In this document: positions 9,458 to 18,380 of the stretch, one piece after another
How positions within the stretch are numbered: the stretch's first letter is position 1
Layout: each line of letters starts with the position of its first letter
Source: an uncultured Acidimicrobiales bacterium
GTDB taxonomy: Bacteria > Actinomycetota > Acidimicrobiia > Acidimicrobiales > SHLQ01
Assembly (NCBI GenBank): GCA_938038815.1
Contig: CALHTF010000004.1
Coordinates: 6,824-70,823 of the forward strand
DNA: 64,000 nt
Direction: 5' to 3'
The notes under the pieces: generated by a model
What the model was told of the DNA's origin: nothing
Databases searched by the model: none
Seen by the model: the letters and a program-made list of their open reading frames with translations, nothing else
Translations under genes and position numbers: made by a program

Positions 9458-10210
9458 GTGGCAAAGGCAAAGTCGTCCCCAACCAAAGCGCTCGGTATCG
9501 ACATCGGTGGCAGCGGGATGAAAGCGGCCCCGGTCGACCTCGCCACCGGTGAATTCTTGAAGAAGCGGCTGCGTATCGCCACACCGCAGCCGGCGACCCC
9601 CCAGGCGATGGTGGCGACCATAGAGGAGTTGGTCGACCACTTTGGGTGGACGGGCCCAATCGGTTGCGCGTTTCCGGGTGTTGTGCGATCGAACGTCATC
9701 GAGACCGCCGCCAACCTCGACCCGAGCTGGGTCGGCGTCAACGCCGCGAAGCTGTTTGGCGACGCAACCAACTGCAAGGTCACGATGGCCAACGATGCCG
9801 ACGTCGCCGGTATCGCCGAGATGGCCTTTGGCGCAGGCAAAGGCCACAAAGGCGTGGTGATGATGGTGACCCTCGGAACCGGCATCGGCACGGCGATGTT
9901 CACCAACGGGACACTGGTTCCCAACACCGAGCTCGGCCACCTGATGATGGATGGTGTCGAGGCCGAGGACGTCGCCTCGGCTCGCGCTCGCGAAGACGGC
10001 GATCTCTCGTGGGCCGAGTGGGCGCCCAAACTCGACAGCTACCTTGACGAAATCCATCGTTTGCTGTGGCCCGAACTGTTCATCATCGGGGGGGGAGTGA
10101 GCGCAAAATTCGAAAAGTACGCCCCGTTGTTGTCGGTGCCGACCAAGGTGGTTCCCGCAGAGCTGAAGAACCACGCGGGCATCGTCGGCGCGGCGATGCT
10201 GTGCGGCTGA
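9458..10210 (+). CDS. ppgK: Polyphosphate glucokinase (ROK family)
   Basis: [58 protein letters not shown] and LFIIGGGVS match the actinobacterial PPGK/ROK pattern. Confidence 0.85.
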   Translation: MAKAKSSPTKALGIDIGGSGMKAAPVDLATGEFLKKRLRIATPQPATPQAMVATIEELVDHFGWTGPIGCAFPGVVRSNVIETAANLDPSWVGVNAAKLFGDATNCKVTMANDADVAGIAEMAFGAGKGHKGVVMMVTLGTGIGTAMFTNGTLVPNTELGHLMMDGVEAEDVASARAREDGDLSWAEWAPKLDSYLDEIHRLLWPELFIIGGGVSAKFEKYAPLLSVPTKVVPAELKNHAGIVGAAMLCG

Positions 10211-10223
10211 TCGAGGCGTAGCG

Positions 10224-10613
10224 ATGGCCCAAGGACTCCGCGTCGACCGATGGTTGTGGTCGGTTCGGCTGTTCAAAACCCGGACCGCGGCTACCAAGGC
10301 GTGCGACGCCGGAGCGGTAACGATCAACGGTGACTCGGTGAAGCCGGCCCGGCGAGTTCGAGTCGACGATACGGTGCAGATCAAACGCAAGGTTGGGTAC
10401 ACCGAGGTCGTGGTGGTCGAGTTGCTCGAAAAGCGAGTGTCGGCTGCCTTGGCGGCCAATGCCTACGTCGACCAGTCGCCCGAACCCGATCCCGACGAGG
10501 TTGCGATGTTGCGAGCGATCGGCATGCGAGAACCAACCCGCGAGCGCGGTGAGGGGCGGCCGACCAAACGCGACCGACGCCGGCTCGACGAGTTTCGCGG
10601 ACGCTATCGTTAG
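10224..10613 (+). CDS. S4-domain RNA-binding protein (Hsp15/HslR-like)
   Basis: [45 protein letters not shown] is a typical S4 domain. Confidence 0.8.
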   Translation: MAQGLRVDRWLWSVRLFKTRTAATKACDAGAVTINGDSVKPARRVRVDDTVQIKRKVGYTEVVVVELLEKRVSAALAANAYVDQSPEPDPDEVAMLRAIGMREPTRERGEGRPTKRDRRRLDEFRGRYR

Positions 10614-11647
10614 CTCCCCGAAGCTCCTGGGTGGTGGGTCAACCCATTGGGGTGACGAGCAAACCGATCCTCGGTGCCGTGGGTCGGCGCATCGTCGGGC
10701 CAGGGCCATCCGCCGAACTGATCGTTCTGATAGTCGGTGAACGCCGCCCGGATTTCGGCTTCGGTGTTCATCACAAACGGACCGTACCGGGCAACCGGTT
10801 CGCCGATGGGGCGACCTTGCAACACAAGAACCGAGGCGCCGGTTGCCCCCGCGACCATCGTTGTCGGGTGCTCGGCCTGAACAATGGCGCCGGTGCCGCC
10901 CGAAACCGTGTCGGCGCTGTCGGCGGCGGTCAGACCTACTTCGGAACCCTCAAAGACATACATCGTACGAATGGTTCCCGGCCGGGCCGCAGGGAGCTCG
11001 AGGTGAGCCTCGGGCTCGAAGTGGGCATGCCAAATGCCAAGGTCGGCGTCGCCGTGTGAGGCCCACGAGTCTGGTGGTGGGTCCTGGGGTACCGCCTCGC
11101 CAAACCGGCCAGCGATCACGACCACCCGGGTCGTGGCGCCCGCACTGGTTTCGACCTTGACGACGGGGGTTTGTTCGCTCCAGTGCATCGTGAAGTATGG
11201 GTCGACCATCTTGTTGGCCGCCGGCAGGTTGAGCCATATCTGGAACAGCTCCAGCGGGTTCGCCTCGGTGGTTTTGATCAGGGGAAACATTTCGGCGTGT
11301 ACGATGCCCCGCCCGGCGGTCAGCCACTGGGTGTCGCCTTCGCCGAATCGAGCGGCCGCGCCGAGACCGTCGGTGTGATCGCATCGGCCGGTCCGCACGT
11401 AGGTGACCGTTTCAAACCCGCGGTGGGGATGTTGAGGAAAGCCCGGCACACTCTGGCCGTGATACATGTTCCAACCGTCTCGACCGGCGAAGTCGCTGCC
11501 GATCTCGCGTCCGGCTAGCGAGGCTTCGGGGCCGAGAGCGCCGTTGCCTCTGGGGTAGCCGTCGAGGTGATGGGCGCAAAAGAGGAACGGATCGGCGGTG
11601 GGCCACTGCGGGCCAAGAGGAAACGACTGAAGTACAAGGTCGGACAT
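10610..11647 (-). CDS. Pirin-family protein (bicupin)
   Basis: Contains the canonical pirin metal site GFPQHPHRGFETVTYV plus AGRGIVHAEMFP. 345 aa with two cupin halves. Confidence 0.85.
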   Translation of the reverse strand: MSDLVLQSFPLGPQWPTADPFLFCAHHLDGYPRGNGALGPEASLAGREIGSDFAGRDGWNMYHGQSVPGFPQHPHRGFETVTYVRTGRCDHTDGLGAAARFGEGDTQWLTAGRGIVHAEMFPLIKTTEANPLELFQIWLNLPAANKMVDPYFTMHWSEQTPVVKVETSAGATTRVVVIAGRFGEAVPQDPPPDSWASHGDADLGIWHAHFEPEAHLELPAARPGTIRTMYVFEGSEVGLTAADSADTVSGGTGAIVQAEHPTTMVAGATGASVLVLQGRPIGEPVARYGPFVMNTEAEIRAAFTDYQNDQFGGWPWPDDAPTHGTEDRFARHPNGLTHHPGASGS

Positions 11648-11691
11648 TCCTCAACGGTAACGGAGGTGCGAGCCCCAAGGAGCGTCGTCGG

Positions 11692-12192
11692 CTACGCCGC
11701 TTCGCTTGAGACGACCGGATCGAGATAGATCACCTGGTCGGCGGCGTCGGCGAGTTCCCCCGACAATCGCCGACTGCGGGCGACGACGGTCAGTTTGATG
11801 CCAAGCTCTCGCAGCTCGGTCGCCAGCGGGGCAAAGATGTGATCGCCCGAACCAATGGTCACCAGGTGATAGCGGTTGGCGATGAACTGGGCGTCGGAGG
11901 CCCGCAGGAGCGCCAGATCGGCACCGTCGGCTCCGGCCCCGGTGAAGATTCGGCCCCGTGAACCCAAGATCTTTTGGGCGGTGAAGATAAGCCCTGGGTG
12001 ACAGCCCAGCAGCACTTGGTCCTGGGGGCGCATGGTGGCTGCGGCGGCGTAGGAGGCAAGCGCATGCTCGAAGTCATACCGGTCGCCGGCCTGGTGGGTA
12101 TCGCCCACCAGATTCTCGATATCGACGATATGGAGCGACCGTTTCCGGCGCTCCCATGTGGCGGGCAAGTCGTGGTTTTCGTCTGCTCCCAT
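11692..12192 (-). CDS. NYN/LabA-like domain protein
   Basis: LHIVDIENLVGDT...VTIGSGDHIFAPLATELRELGIKLTVVARSRRLS resembles NYN-domain proteins. Start set at MGADENHD (ATG 12192). The longer track ORF would overlap the divergent gene. Confidence 0.5.
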   Translation of the reverse strand: MGADENHDLPATWERRKRSLHIVDIENLVGDTHQAGDRYDFEHALASYAAAATMRPQDQVLLGCHPGLIFTAQKILGSRGRIFTGAGADGADLALLRASDAQFIANRYHLVTIGSGDHIFAPLATELRELGIKLTVVARSRRLSGELADAADQVIYLDPVVSSEAA

Positions 12193-12246
12193 GGCCGAGG
12201 TATCGGCACACCGGGGGGCGAACCTTGAACAACCTAGACTCGGTCT

Positions 12247-12612
12247 ATGCCAGCCAAAGAGGACAAAGACGCAACAACCAGCAGCAACGCCATTGACCGC
12301 ATGGCGGGCAACGACGACTTCTGGGACACCGTCGAGCCCTTGCTCGGCGAGGGCGCACTCGTCGAAGGCACGCTGATGGGTGGCCCGTGTGTGCGTTCGG
12401 GCGACGAGTTTGTCGCCATGCCCCACCACAAAGGACCAGGCATGGTCGTCAAACTGCATCGCGACCGGGTCGCCGAACTCATCGACGAAGGGGTCGGGCA
12501 ATCGTTCGCGCCAGCCAAGAAGGTTTTCAAAGAGTGGGTGCTGCTCGAAGCGTTCGACCTCGACCTTTGGGAACGGTTACTACGCGAGTCGATTGCGTTC
12601 GTGACGAAGTAG
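12247..12612 (+). CDS. Small TfoX-N-like / hypothetical protein
   Basis: 121-aa ORF. GGPCVRSGDEFVAMPHHKGPGMVVKLHRDRVAELI resembles TfoX N-terminal-domain proteins, but this is recognition from memory only. The start could instead be the internal Met at 12301. Confidence 0.45.
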   Translation: MPAKEDKDATTSSNAIDRMAGNDDFWDTVEPLLGEGALVEGTLMGGPCVRSGDEFVAMPHHKGPGMVVKLHRDRVAELIDEGVGQSFAPAKKVFKEWVLLEAFDLDLWERLLRESIAFVTK

Positions 12613-12617
12613 GTCGG

Positions 12618-13868
12618 TTAGTCGACCAGCGCTTGGTACACGAGGGTCTTTAGTTCGGGTCGGATCGGGTAGGTACTCGACGGCAACAGCTGAGTCATAA
12701 ACGTCACCGTGATGTCCTCGATGGGATCGACCCAGAATGCGGTCGAGGCGGCACCACCCCAGTTGAACTCTCGGTCCGAACCGAGCACTTTGCCCGCCGC
12801 GGCATCGAGGGTCACCGAGAACCCGAGGCCGAAGCCAGTGCCCTCGAACTCGGTCTCGGAGAACAGTGGTCGGCCAACCTCGATGAGGTCTTTCCCATCG
12901 GGCAGATGGTTGGTGGTCATGTAGTCGATGGTTCGCGACCCGAGTAGGCGCACGCCATCGAGTTCGCCGCGCCGACGAAGCATCTCGGTAAAGCGGTGGT
13001 AGTCGTGCACGGTCGAGACGGTTCCGCCGCCACCGGACAAGAACGTGGGTTCGTTGGTTGCGCCCCGGCCCATGGCGTCGATCGGCAAGAGGCCGCCGTC
13101 GGCTGGATTGCGCGTATACAAACGGGCGACCCGCTCTTGTTTTTCTGGGGTGTCGGCCCAAAACCCGGTATCGACCATCCCGAGCGGTTCAAAGATCTCG
13201 GTGCGGAAGAACTCGTCGAGCGACCTTCCCGAGGCCACTTCGACCACCCGGCCGAGCACGTCGGTGGCGACCGAGTAGTTCCATTCGGTGCCCGGTTGAA
13301 ACAGCAGCGGTTGCGAGGCCCACAGTTCGCAGGCGGCTTCGAGGTCGGTGCCGGGCGGAACTCCCCATTCGTAACCGGCGGCCCGGTACATGGCATCGAC
13401 CGGGTGGGCGTGCATGAAGCCATAGGTCAGTCCGGCGGTGTGGGTGAGCAGATGCCACACCTTCATCTGGTGCAGCAGCCCTTCGGTATTGGGGTTGGTC
13501 GACGATCCCGAAACAAACACCCGCTGCTTGGCGAACGCCGGGATGTACTTCGACACCGGGTCGGTGAGGGCAACCTTGCCCCGCTCGACCAACATCATCG
13601 TCGCCACGCTGGTAATTGGTTTGGTCATCGAGAAGATACGAAAGATCGTGTCGTCGGCGACCGGGGTTCCGGCCTCGACATCGGTGTGGCCGTAATGGTC
13701 GAGGTAGGCCACCTCGCCACGTCGGCCGACGCTTAGCGACCAACCAGGCAGCCGGCCATCGTCGACGTAATGGCGGAAGTGTTCGCTGATGCGCTCGAGT
13801 CGACCAGGGTCAAAACCCAGCCCTTCGACATTCGAGGAGACGGTGAGGACAGGGTTGTTTGATGCCAC
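12618..13868 (-). CDS. Serine hydrolase, beta-lactamase / esterase (class C-related) family
   Basis: SxxK motif in FRIFSMTKPITSVATMML, with a downstream YSVATDVLG and a GGGGTVST region. 416 aa. Confidence 0.8.
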   Translation of the reverse strand: MASNNPVLTVSSNVEGLGFDPGRLERISEHFRHYVDDGRLPGWSLSVGRRGEVAYLDHYGHTDVEAGTPVADDTIFRIFSMTKPITSVATMMLVERGKVALTDPVSKYIPAFAKQRVFVSGSSTNPNTEGLLHQMKVWHLLTHTAGLTYGFMHAHPVDAMYRAAGYEWGVPPGTDLEAACELWASQPLLFQPGTEWNYSVATDVLGRVVEVASGRSLDEFFRTEIFEPLGMVDTGFWADTPEKQERVARLYTRNPADGGLLPIDAMGRGATNEPTFLSGGGGTVSTVHDYHRFTEMLRRRGELDGVRLLGSRTIDYMTTNHLPDGKDLIEVGRPLFSETEFEGTGFGLGFSVTLDAAAGKVLGSDREFNWGGAASTAFWVDPIEDITVTFMTQLLPSSTYPIRPELKTLVYQALVD

Positions 13869-13955
13869 GGGGCTTTTCTAATTCTGAACCTCTTCGGTGT
13901 CGAATGCTCGCCGCGTATACGACACGCCGAACCGTCGGTGCGCTAAGCAACGTCT

Positions 13956-14447
13956 ATGGGATCGTCCAATACTTTCCGGCCGAATGCCGGCGTGGTCATC
14001 GTCGACCACGACGGCCAGGTGCTGGCGTTTCGGCGCACGGGTACCACCGACGCCTGGCAGTACCCCCAGGGCGGAATCGACGATGGTGAGTCGGCGCTCG
14101 AGGCCATGTGGCGCGAGCTCGGGGAAGAAACCGGGCTCACCGACAAGCACGTGGAGTTGGTCGCCGAACTTCCTGAGTGGATCGGGTACGAGATTCCCGA
14201 GCAGTTCCGGACCGCCAAGACGAAAAAGAAGATGAGCCGAGGCCAAGTACAGCGCTGGTTTTATGTCCGGCTACTCGATGGTCAAGCCAACGAGATTGCC
14301 TCGGTGCTCGATGCACTGCCGCCCGAAGAGTTCGACGGCTGGAAGTGGACCGACCCCGCAGCATTAGCAGCCGAGACCATCGAGTTCCGGCAGCCGATCT
14401 ACGAACGGGTGCTCGACTATGGCCGGGCCGTTGGACTGTTCGCCTAG
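13956..14447 (+). CDS. rppH: NUDIX hydrolase, RNA pyrophosphohydrolase-like
   Basis: NUDIX box GGIDDGESALEAMWRELGEETGL is preceded by WQYPQGG. The C-terminal FDGWKWTDP...FRQPIYERVL resembles RppH proteins. Confidence 0.7.
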   Translation: MGSSNTFRPNAGVVIVDHDGQVLAFRRTGTTDAWQYPQGGIDDGESALEAMWRELGEETGLTDKHVELVAELPEWIGYEIPEQFRTAKTKKKMSRGQVQRWFYVRLLDGQANEIASVLDALPPEEFDGWKWTDPAALAAETIEFRQPIYERVLDYGRAVGLFA

Positions 14448-15991
14448 CGGCGACAGTCTGACGAGAGGTACACGGCGACTTCGTTGTTGGCTTCGATCGT
14501 CAGGTCGAACGAGGTACCCGGCAGCGGAAGCTGCTCTTCGATCAGGTCTCGAGCCGAGCCGCTAAGACCGGCCAAGCGTCGCACGATGCACTCGCCTACC
14601 GAGGTGACGGTGATCGTCCCAGGCTCGATGTCGAAGCCGACGATCAAGGTTCCCGAACCATCGGGGCCAAGGGTGGAGGTCGACGATCCGTCGAGCCGCT
14701 CCCATGTTCCACAGTCAGGGTTTGTTTCGACGACGCCTTCACCGTTGACGAGCGAGACGACCGCTTGTTCGCCCTCGTCCCAGGTGAGCTGTTCGATGAG
14801 TTCGGTCAACGAATCGTCCTGGTCGACGTTGGTGGCCCCGACGCGGCTGACGATACAGAAGTCAGACGCGGTGGATCGATACACGCCGGGCACGATGTCG
14901 ACGCCGACGACCTTCGATGACGGGGAGGTGAACGAGGCGGCGGCGTTCTGTCGGTCGTATCCACTGGCGTCAAGGACGTTGTTGATGACCGACCGGTGAA
15001 CCACCGATGCTGAAGCGTCGAGGGTGGGCCAGTCGTTGCCCGACTCGCTCAGCTCCCGATGGGTGGTCTGCACGATGGTGTTGCCCGACCGCTCGTACAC
15101 GGTGTTTTCGACGATGAAGAACGTGAACGGTCCGTCAAGTTTGTGTTCGACCTCGTACCAGACCAATCGGTCGGAGGCATCGGCCTTCGGTATCGGCACC
15201 GTCTCGCGGTTTTGGTACACGGTGTCGTTGACGTCGTAGGTCGCTCCGTCGACGGTGAACCGACCCGAGGGTTCGTCGGTACAAGCAGTGGCATCGGCGA
15301 GGTCCATGGCGCTTTCGGCTGCGGCGGCGGACGAAAACACCCAGACCTGCGACGCGACGCTTCGGCGGCCGTCGGCGTGGTTGTAGATCTGGCCAGCGGC
15401 GTCACCGTTATCGGCGGCCAGGAGGTCGGTGGTTGTCTGTGCCGCACCACACACGTTCGGGCTGTCGTTGGTCTCTTGTTGTTCGAGCAGACCCGCCAAG
15501 CTCGAATACGAGGTCGGGTCGACCACGAGCTGGGGTGGCAGGGCGGCGATGCCCAACAACGAGCTTGGGCTGGTGAGTTCGGGGTTCCCCGGAGGAGTGA
15601 CCGGTGGCGGGTCGGCGAGGGGGTCGGTCGTGACCCGCGGCTCGGTGTTGGTCGGGGCCGTGGTGGGGCCGCTCGATGATTCGTCGTCGGTCGCTTCCGA
15701 ACCCGGCGCCGCAGGTTCGAGAACCTCTTCGGTTTCGGTGGGGTCATCGGTGGATTCGCCCGGCTCGCCTTGTTCTACAGGGACTTCTCGGGTCTCGAGG
15801 TTGTCCTGGGTATGCGACGCCGAATCGTCGTCGGAAAAGGCGATTGGGGCCCCGTCGGCTACTGGTTCTGGCTCGTCGCTGCACGCGGCGGCGAGCAGCG
15901 AAAATCCGAGGACCGCACCGAGCAGCCGCAACAAAGCAGCGGTTCGCGTCGAGGTATCCCGGGCAGGGCGGTTTGGCGAAAACAAAATCAC
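14444..15991 (-). CDS. Secreted lipoprotein of unknown function with an acidic, proline-rich linker
   Basis: Lipobox LGFSLLAAAC follows a basic N-terminus. Start proposed at GTG 15991 (VILFSPNRPARD...). The acidic low-complexity region (DDDSASHTQDNLETREVPVEQGEPGESTDDPTETEE) is followed by a Cys-containing globular part. Confidence 0.55.
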   Translation of the reverse strand: MILFSPNRPARDTSTRTAALLRLLGAVLGFSLLAAACSDEPEPVADGAPIAFSDDDSASHTQDNLETREVPVEQGEPGESTDDPTETEEVLEPAAPGSEATDDESSSGPTTAPTNTEPRVTTDPLADPPPVTPPGNPELTSPSSLLGIAALPPQLVVDPTSYSSLAGLLEQQETNDSPNVCGAAQTTTDLLAADNGDAAGQIYNHADGRRSVASQVWVFSSAAAAESAMDLADATACTDEPSGRFTVDGATYDVNDTVYQNRETVPIPKADASDRLVWYEVEHKLDGPFTFFIVENTVYERSGNTIVQTTHRELSESGNDWPTLDASASVVHRSVINNVLDASGYDRQNAAASFTSPSSKVVGVDIVPGVYRSTASDFCIVSRVGATNVDQDDSLTELIEQLTWDEGEQAVVSLVNGEGVVETNPDCGTWERLDGSSTSTLGPDGSGTLIVGFDIEPGTITVTSVGECIVRRLAGLSGSARDLIEEQLPLPGTSFDLTIEANNEVAVYLSSDCRR

Positions 15992-16047
15992 CCCTTCCCG
16001 TCGGCAGATCTCGTCGGAAATCGAGTCGGAAGCTAGGGTCAAACCTG

Positions 16048-17394
16048 GTGGCGACGAGTCCAAAAAACCCTCAAGTAGCAGCAACGACACCCCGCGGAAT
16101 CCCGATTGCGTCGATCGCCGACCCGCGCGAGCGCTTGTTGGCTGCTGGGCTTCAGGTAGTGGTCCACGCCGACCTTGCAATGCTGGTTAACGGCATTCAA
16201 CCCGAGGTCGTCACCGAGTTCGCCGGGCGGTCGCGCCGCAACTTCTACGACCACTTCGAGAGCAAAGAAGACTTCATGGTGGCGCTGTTTGATCGGTACC
16301 TCCTCGACGAAGAATTGGTGCTCGGAATCGCCGAAACCGAAGCCGACGCCGATCCGGTTTCTCGGACTCCGGGTGACTTCCGAGCCGAGGTCGCCAGCTG
16401 GTTTCCGATGCGGGTACTCAGAAGCGCCGAGATCTTCACCCTCTTGACCGCCATGGTGTGGCCTCCAGCGAGGCAAAACCCAGAGCTGGCCGACATTGTG
16501 CGTCGACACAACGAAATGTTCGAGCGGATCTACTCGATCCGCTACGAAACAACCCTGGCCGAGTGGAACATCGAGCTCGCCGAAGGTTGGTCACCGCTGC
16601 GGCTCGCCGTTGCAGTTCGAGCCTTCTTGGATGGCTTCATCCTGCGCTACCGACCCTCGATGGGCGATCTCAGCACGGCCCGAGCCACGCAGCTGACCGA
16701 AACCGTGGTGGGCATCTTTGCGGCCGCGTCGGTTGGCGGGACCGGCGAAGGCTTGGGGGGCGCCGCCTTTGCTCGACGGCTCGAACGGCGATGGCGTGAG
16801 GAGCACCCTTCCGGAGTCGATGAGGTGCTCGATCTTCGGCGGGTGCTGCAGGAAGTCATGCTGAGCGAGCTCGAGTCGGTGCCGCCCGAGTCGCTGACTA
16901 TCGAGTACATCGCCGAGCGAGCCGGGATCTCCCCGGTGGCGGTCCGCCGCGAGGAAGGCTCGGTTTTTCAGTTGTGCACCCGCATGTTCAACGACCTGGT
17001 CACCTTGTTCGAAGGTGCACTCCTCGATGACCTCGACGATGCGGGCCATCAACGCGACGCGATCGTCGACGTGGTACTGACCCACCTCGGTCGACTCGAA
17101 CGGTTCGGGGTTAGCCACCGAGCGCTGCTGCGCTGCTGGTTTGCCCTACGCGGTTCCGAATCCCTCGAAACGAGTCCTGTCGACCGCCTCACCGACGCGT
17201 TGACCGAGGTCCTGGCGAGTTATCCGGGCCGAGCGCTGGTCGGCGACGATCCGGTTCCGGCCCGCGATGCGGCCCGACTCCTCACGCTGCCGCTGTTATT
17301 GCCCGAAGCCGCCACGGTGTCGGGTGTCGAGGCGGCCAGCTCGTTCGCCCGGTCGTGTGTGGGCGAACCGGTCGACTCGATCGACCAGGCGTAG
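16048..17394 (+). CDS. Large TetR-like regulator with tandem modules, paralogue of 4443-5786
   Basis: GRSRRNFYDHFESKEDF sits at the same position as GRSRRSYYDHFRGKADF in the paralogue, and there is a second HTH-like segment LTIEYIAERAGISPVAVRREEGSVFQLC. In-frame GTG at 16048 gives 448 aa against 447 aa. The upstream part of track ORF 15676-17394 is antisense to the lipoprotein gene. Confidence 0.55.
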   Translation: MATSPKNPQVAATTPRGIPIASIADPRERLLAAGLQVVVHADLAMLVNGIQPEVVTEFAGRSRRNFYDHFESKEDFMVALFDRYLLDEELVLGIAETEADADPVSRTPGDFRAEVASWFPMRVLRSAEIFTLLTAMVWPPARQNPELADIVRRHNEMFERIYSIRYETTLAEWNIELAEGWSPLRLAVAVRAFLDGFILRYRPSMGDLSTARATQLTETVVGIFAAASVGGTGEGLGGAAFARRLERRWREEHPSGVDEVLDLRRVLQEVMLSELESVPPESLTIEYIAERAGISPVAVRREEGSVFQLCTRMFNDLVTLFEGALLDDLDDAGHQRDAIVDVVLTHLGRLERFGVSHRALLRCWFALRGSESLETSPVDRLTDALTEVLASYPGRALVGDDPVPARDAARLLTLPLLLPEAATVSGVEAASSFARSCVGEPVDSIDQA

Positions 17395-18279
17395 CTACTT
17401 CTTTGCCGCCCGCTTTTTGGTTGCGGGCTTTTTCTTTGCCGGCTTCTTGTTTGTCGCCTTGGATTTGCTCGGCGGCTCTTTCTTGGTCGAGGTTTTCTTC
17501 GCTGCCTTCTTCTTGGCTGCCGGTTTCTTCTTGGCCGCCGGTTTCTTCTTCGCTGCGGTCTTCTTTGGGGCGGCCTTCTTCGCCGCGGGCTTTTTCTTGG
17601 TGGGTGGCTTGCGGGCCGGCTTTGGGGTCGATCGCAGCGACGATGGCGCCTTGGGCATCACCGAGGTCAGCGATTGCAACGCACCGCCGCTGCTCTGGAG
17701 CATGTCGCCGACCGTCCCGAGATCATGGCCTGCATCGGTGACCGAATCGCCGAGTTGTCGAAGCTGACTAGCCACGGTGGCGAGATCGTCGGCCACCGTC
17801 GAAATACGAACCGCGCTCCCGGCGAACTCGGTGATCGACTTCGGCAGGATGCCGATCGATTCGATCTGGCGACCGATCCCGGAGAACATCGACTCCACGC
17901 CGTGCAGTTCGGCTTGGCACCGCTCGAGTGCCGCGGCTGCGGTTTCGGTGATGGTGGTTACCGCCACCGCAGGTGTGGCCTTGCTGTCGCTGTCGGGTTT
18001 TCCGATCAGTAGCGAACTGGCCGCTGTGGCGCCCGTTCCGGCAGCGTCGAGCGCCTCGCCGGCGGTCTGCAGCAACTCGGGCAACTGTTCGAGCAGGTCG
18101 ATCAAGTCGTCGCCGTGGTCGCGCACAAAGTCGAGCGCTTGGGAGAACCCGTCGCGGTTTTCCCAAACCAGCCCGACAACTTCGGTGATCTTGTTGCGGT
18201 CCTCCCACAGCTGATCGACCAGCGAGATGACCTTGGTGACGTCGCCGGTTGCTCTACCAAGAAGATCTTCAAGTTTCAT
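17395..18279 (-). CDS. Helical protein with a histone-H1-like Lys/Ala/Pro-rich C-terminal tail
   Basis: 294 aa. The acidic, helical N-terminal part of about 220 aa is followed by [75 protein letters not shown]. Confidence 0.6.
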   Translation of the reverse strand: MKLEDLLGRATGDVTKVISLVDQLWEDRNKITEVVGLVWENRDGFSQALDFVRDHGDDLIDLLEQLPELLQTAGEALDAAGTGATAASSLLIGKPDSDSKATPAVAVTTITETAAAALERCQAELHGVESMFSGIGRQIESIGILPKSITEFAGSAVRISTVADDLATVASQLRQLGDSVTDAGHDLGTVGDMLQSSGGALQSLTSVMPKAPSSLRSTPKPARKPPTKKKPAAKKAAPKKTAAKKKPAAKKKPAAKKKAAKKTSTKKEPPSKSKATNKKPAKKKPATKKRAAKK

Positions 18280-18380
18280 ACTGATCAGTGTTACGTGTTG
18301 GCTGGCGACTTCGGGGGATCGATTGGTGGACTTTCTTTAGGCGTCGCCACATCGAGGGCTAGCGCCACTACCGTCGTAGC

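Noticed and set aside
15676-16047. Upstream part of track ORF 15676-17394.
   Set aside because: It is antisense to the lipoprotein gene and rich in Arg/Pro. The paralogue alignment supports a start near 16048.
17395-17640. Short periodic repeats (also 61490-61801), considered as a CRISPR array or non-coding tandem array.
   Set aside because: The repeats are in frame and encode AKK/PAKK Lys-rich tails. There is no repeat-spacer architecture.
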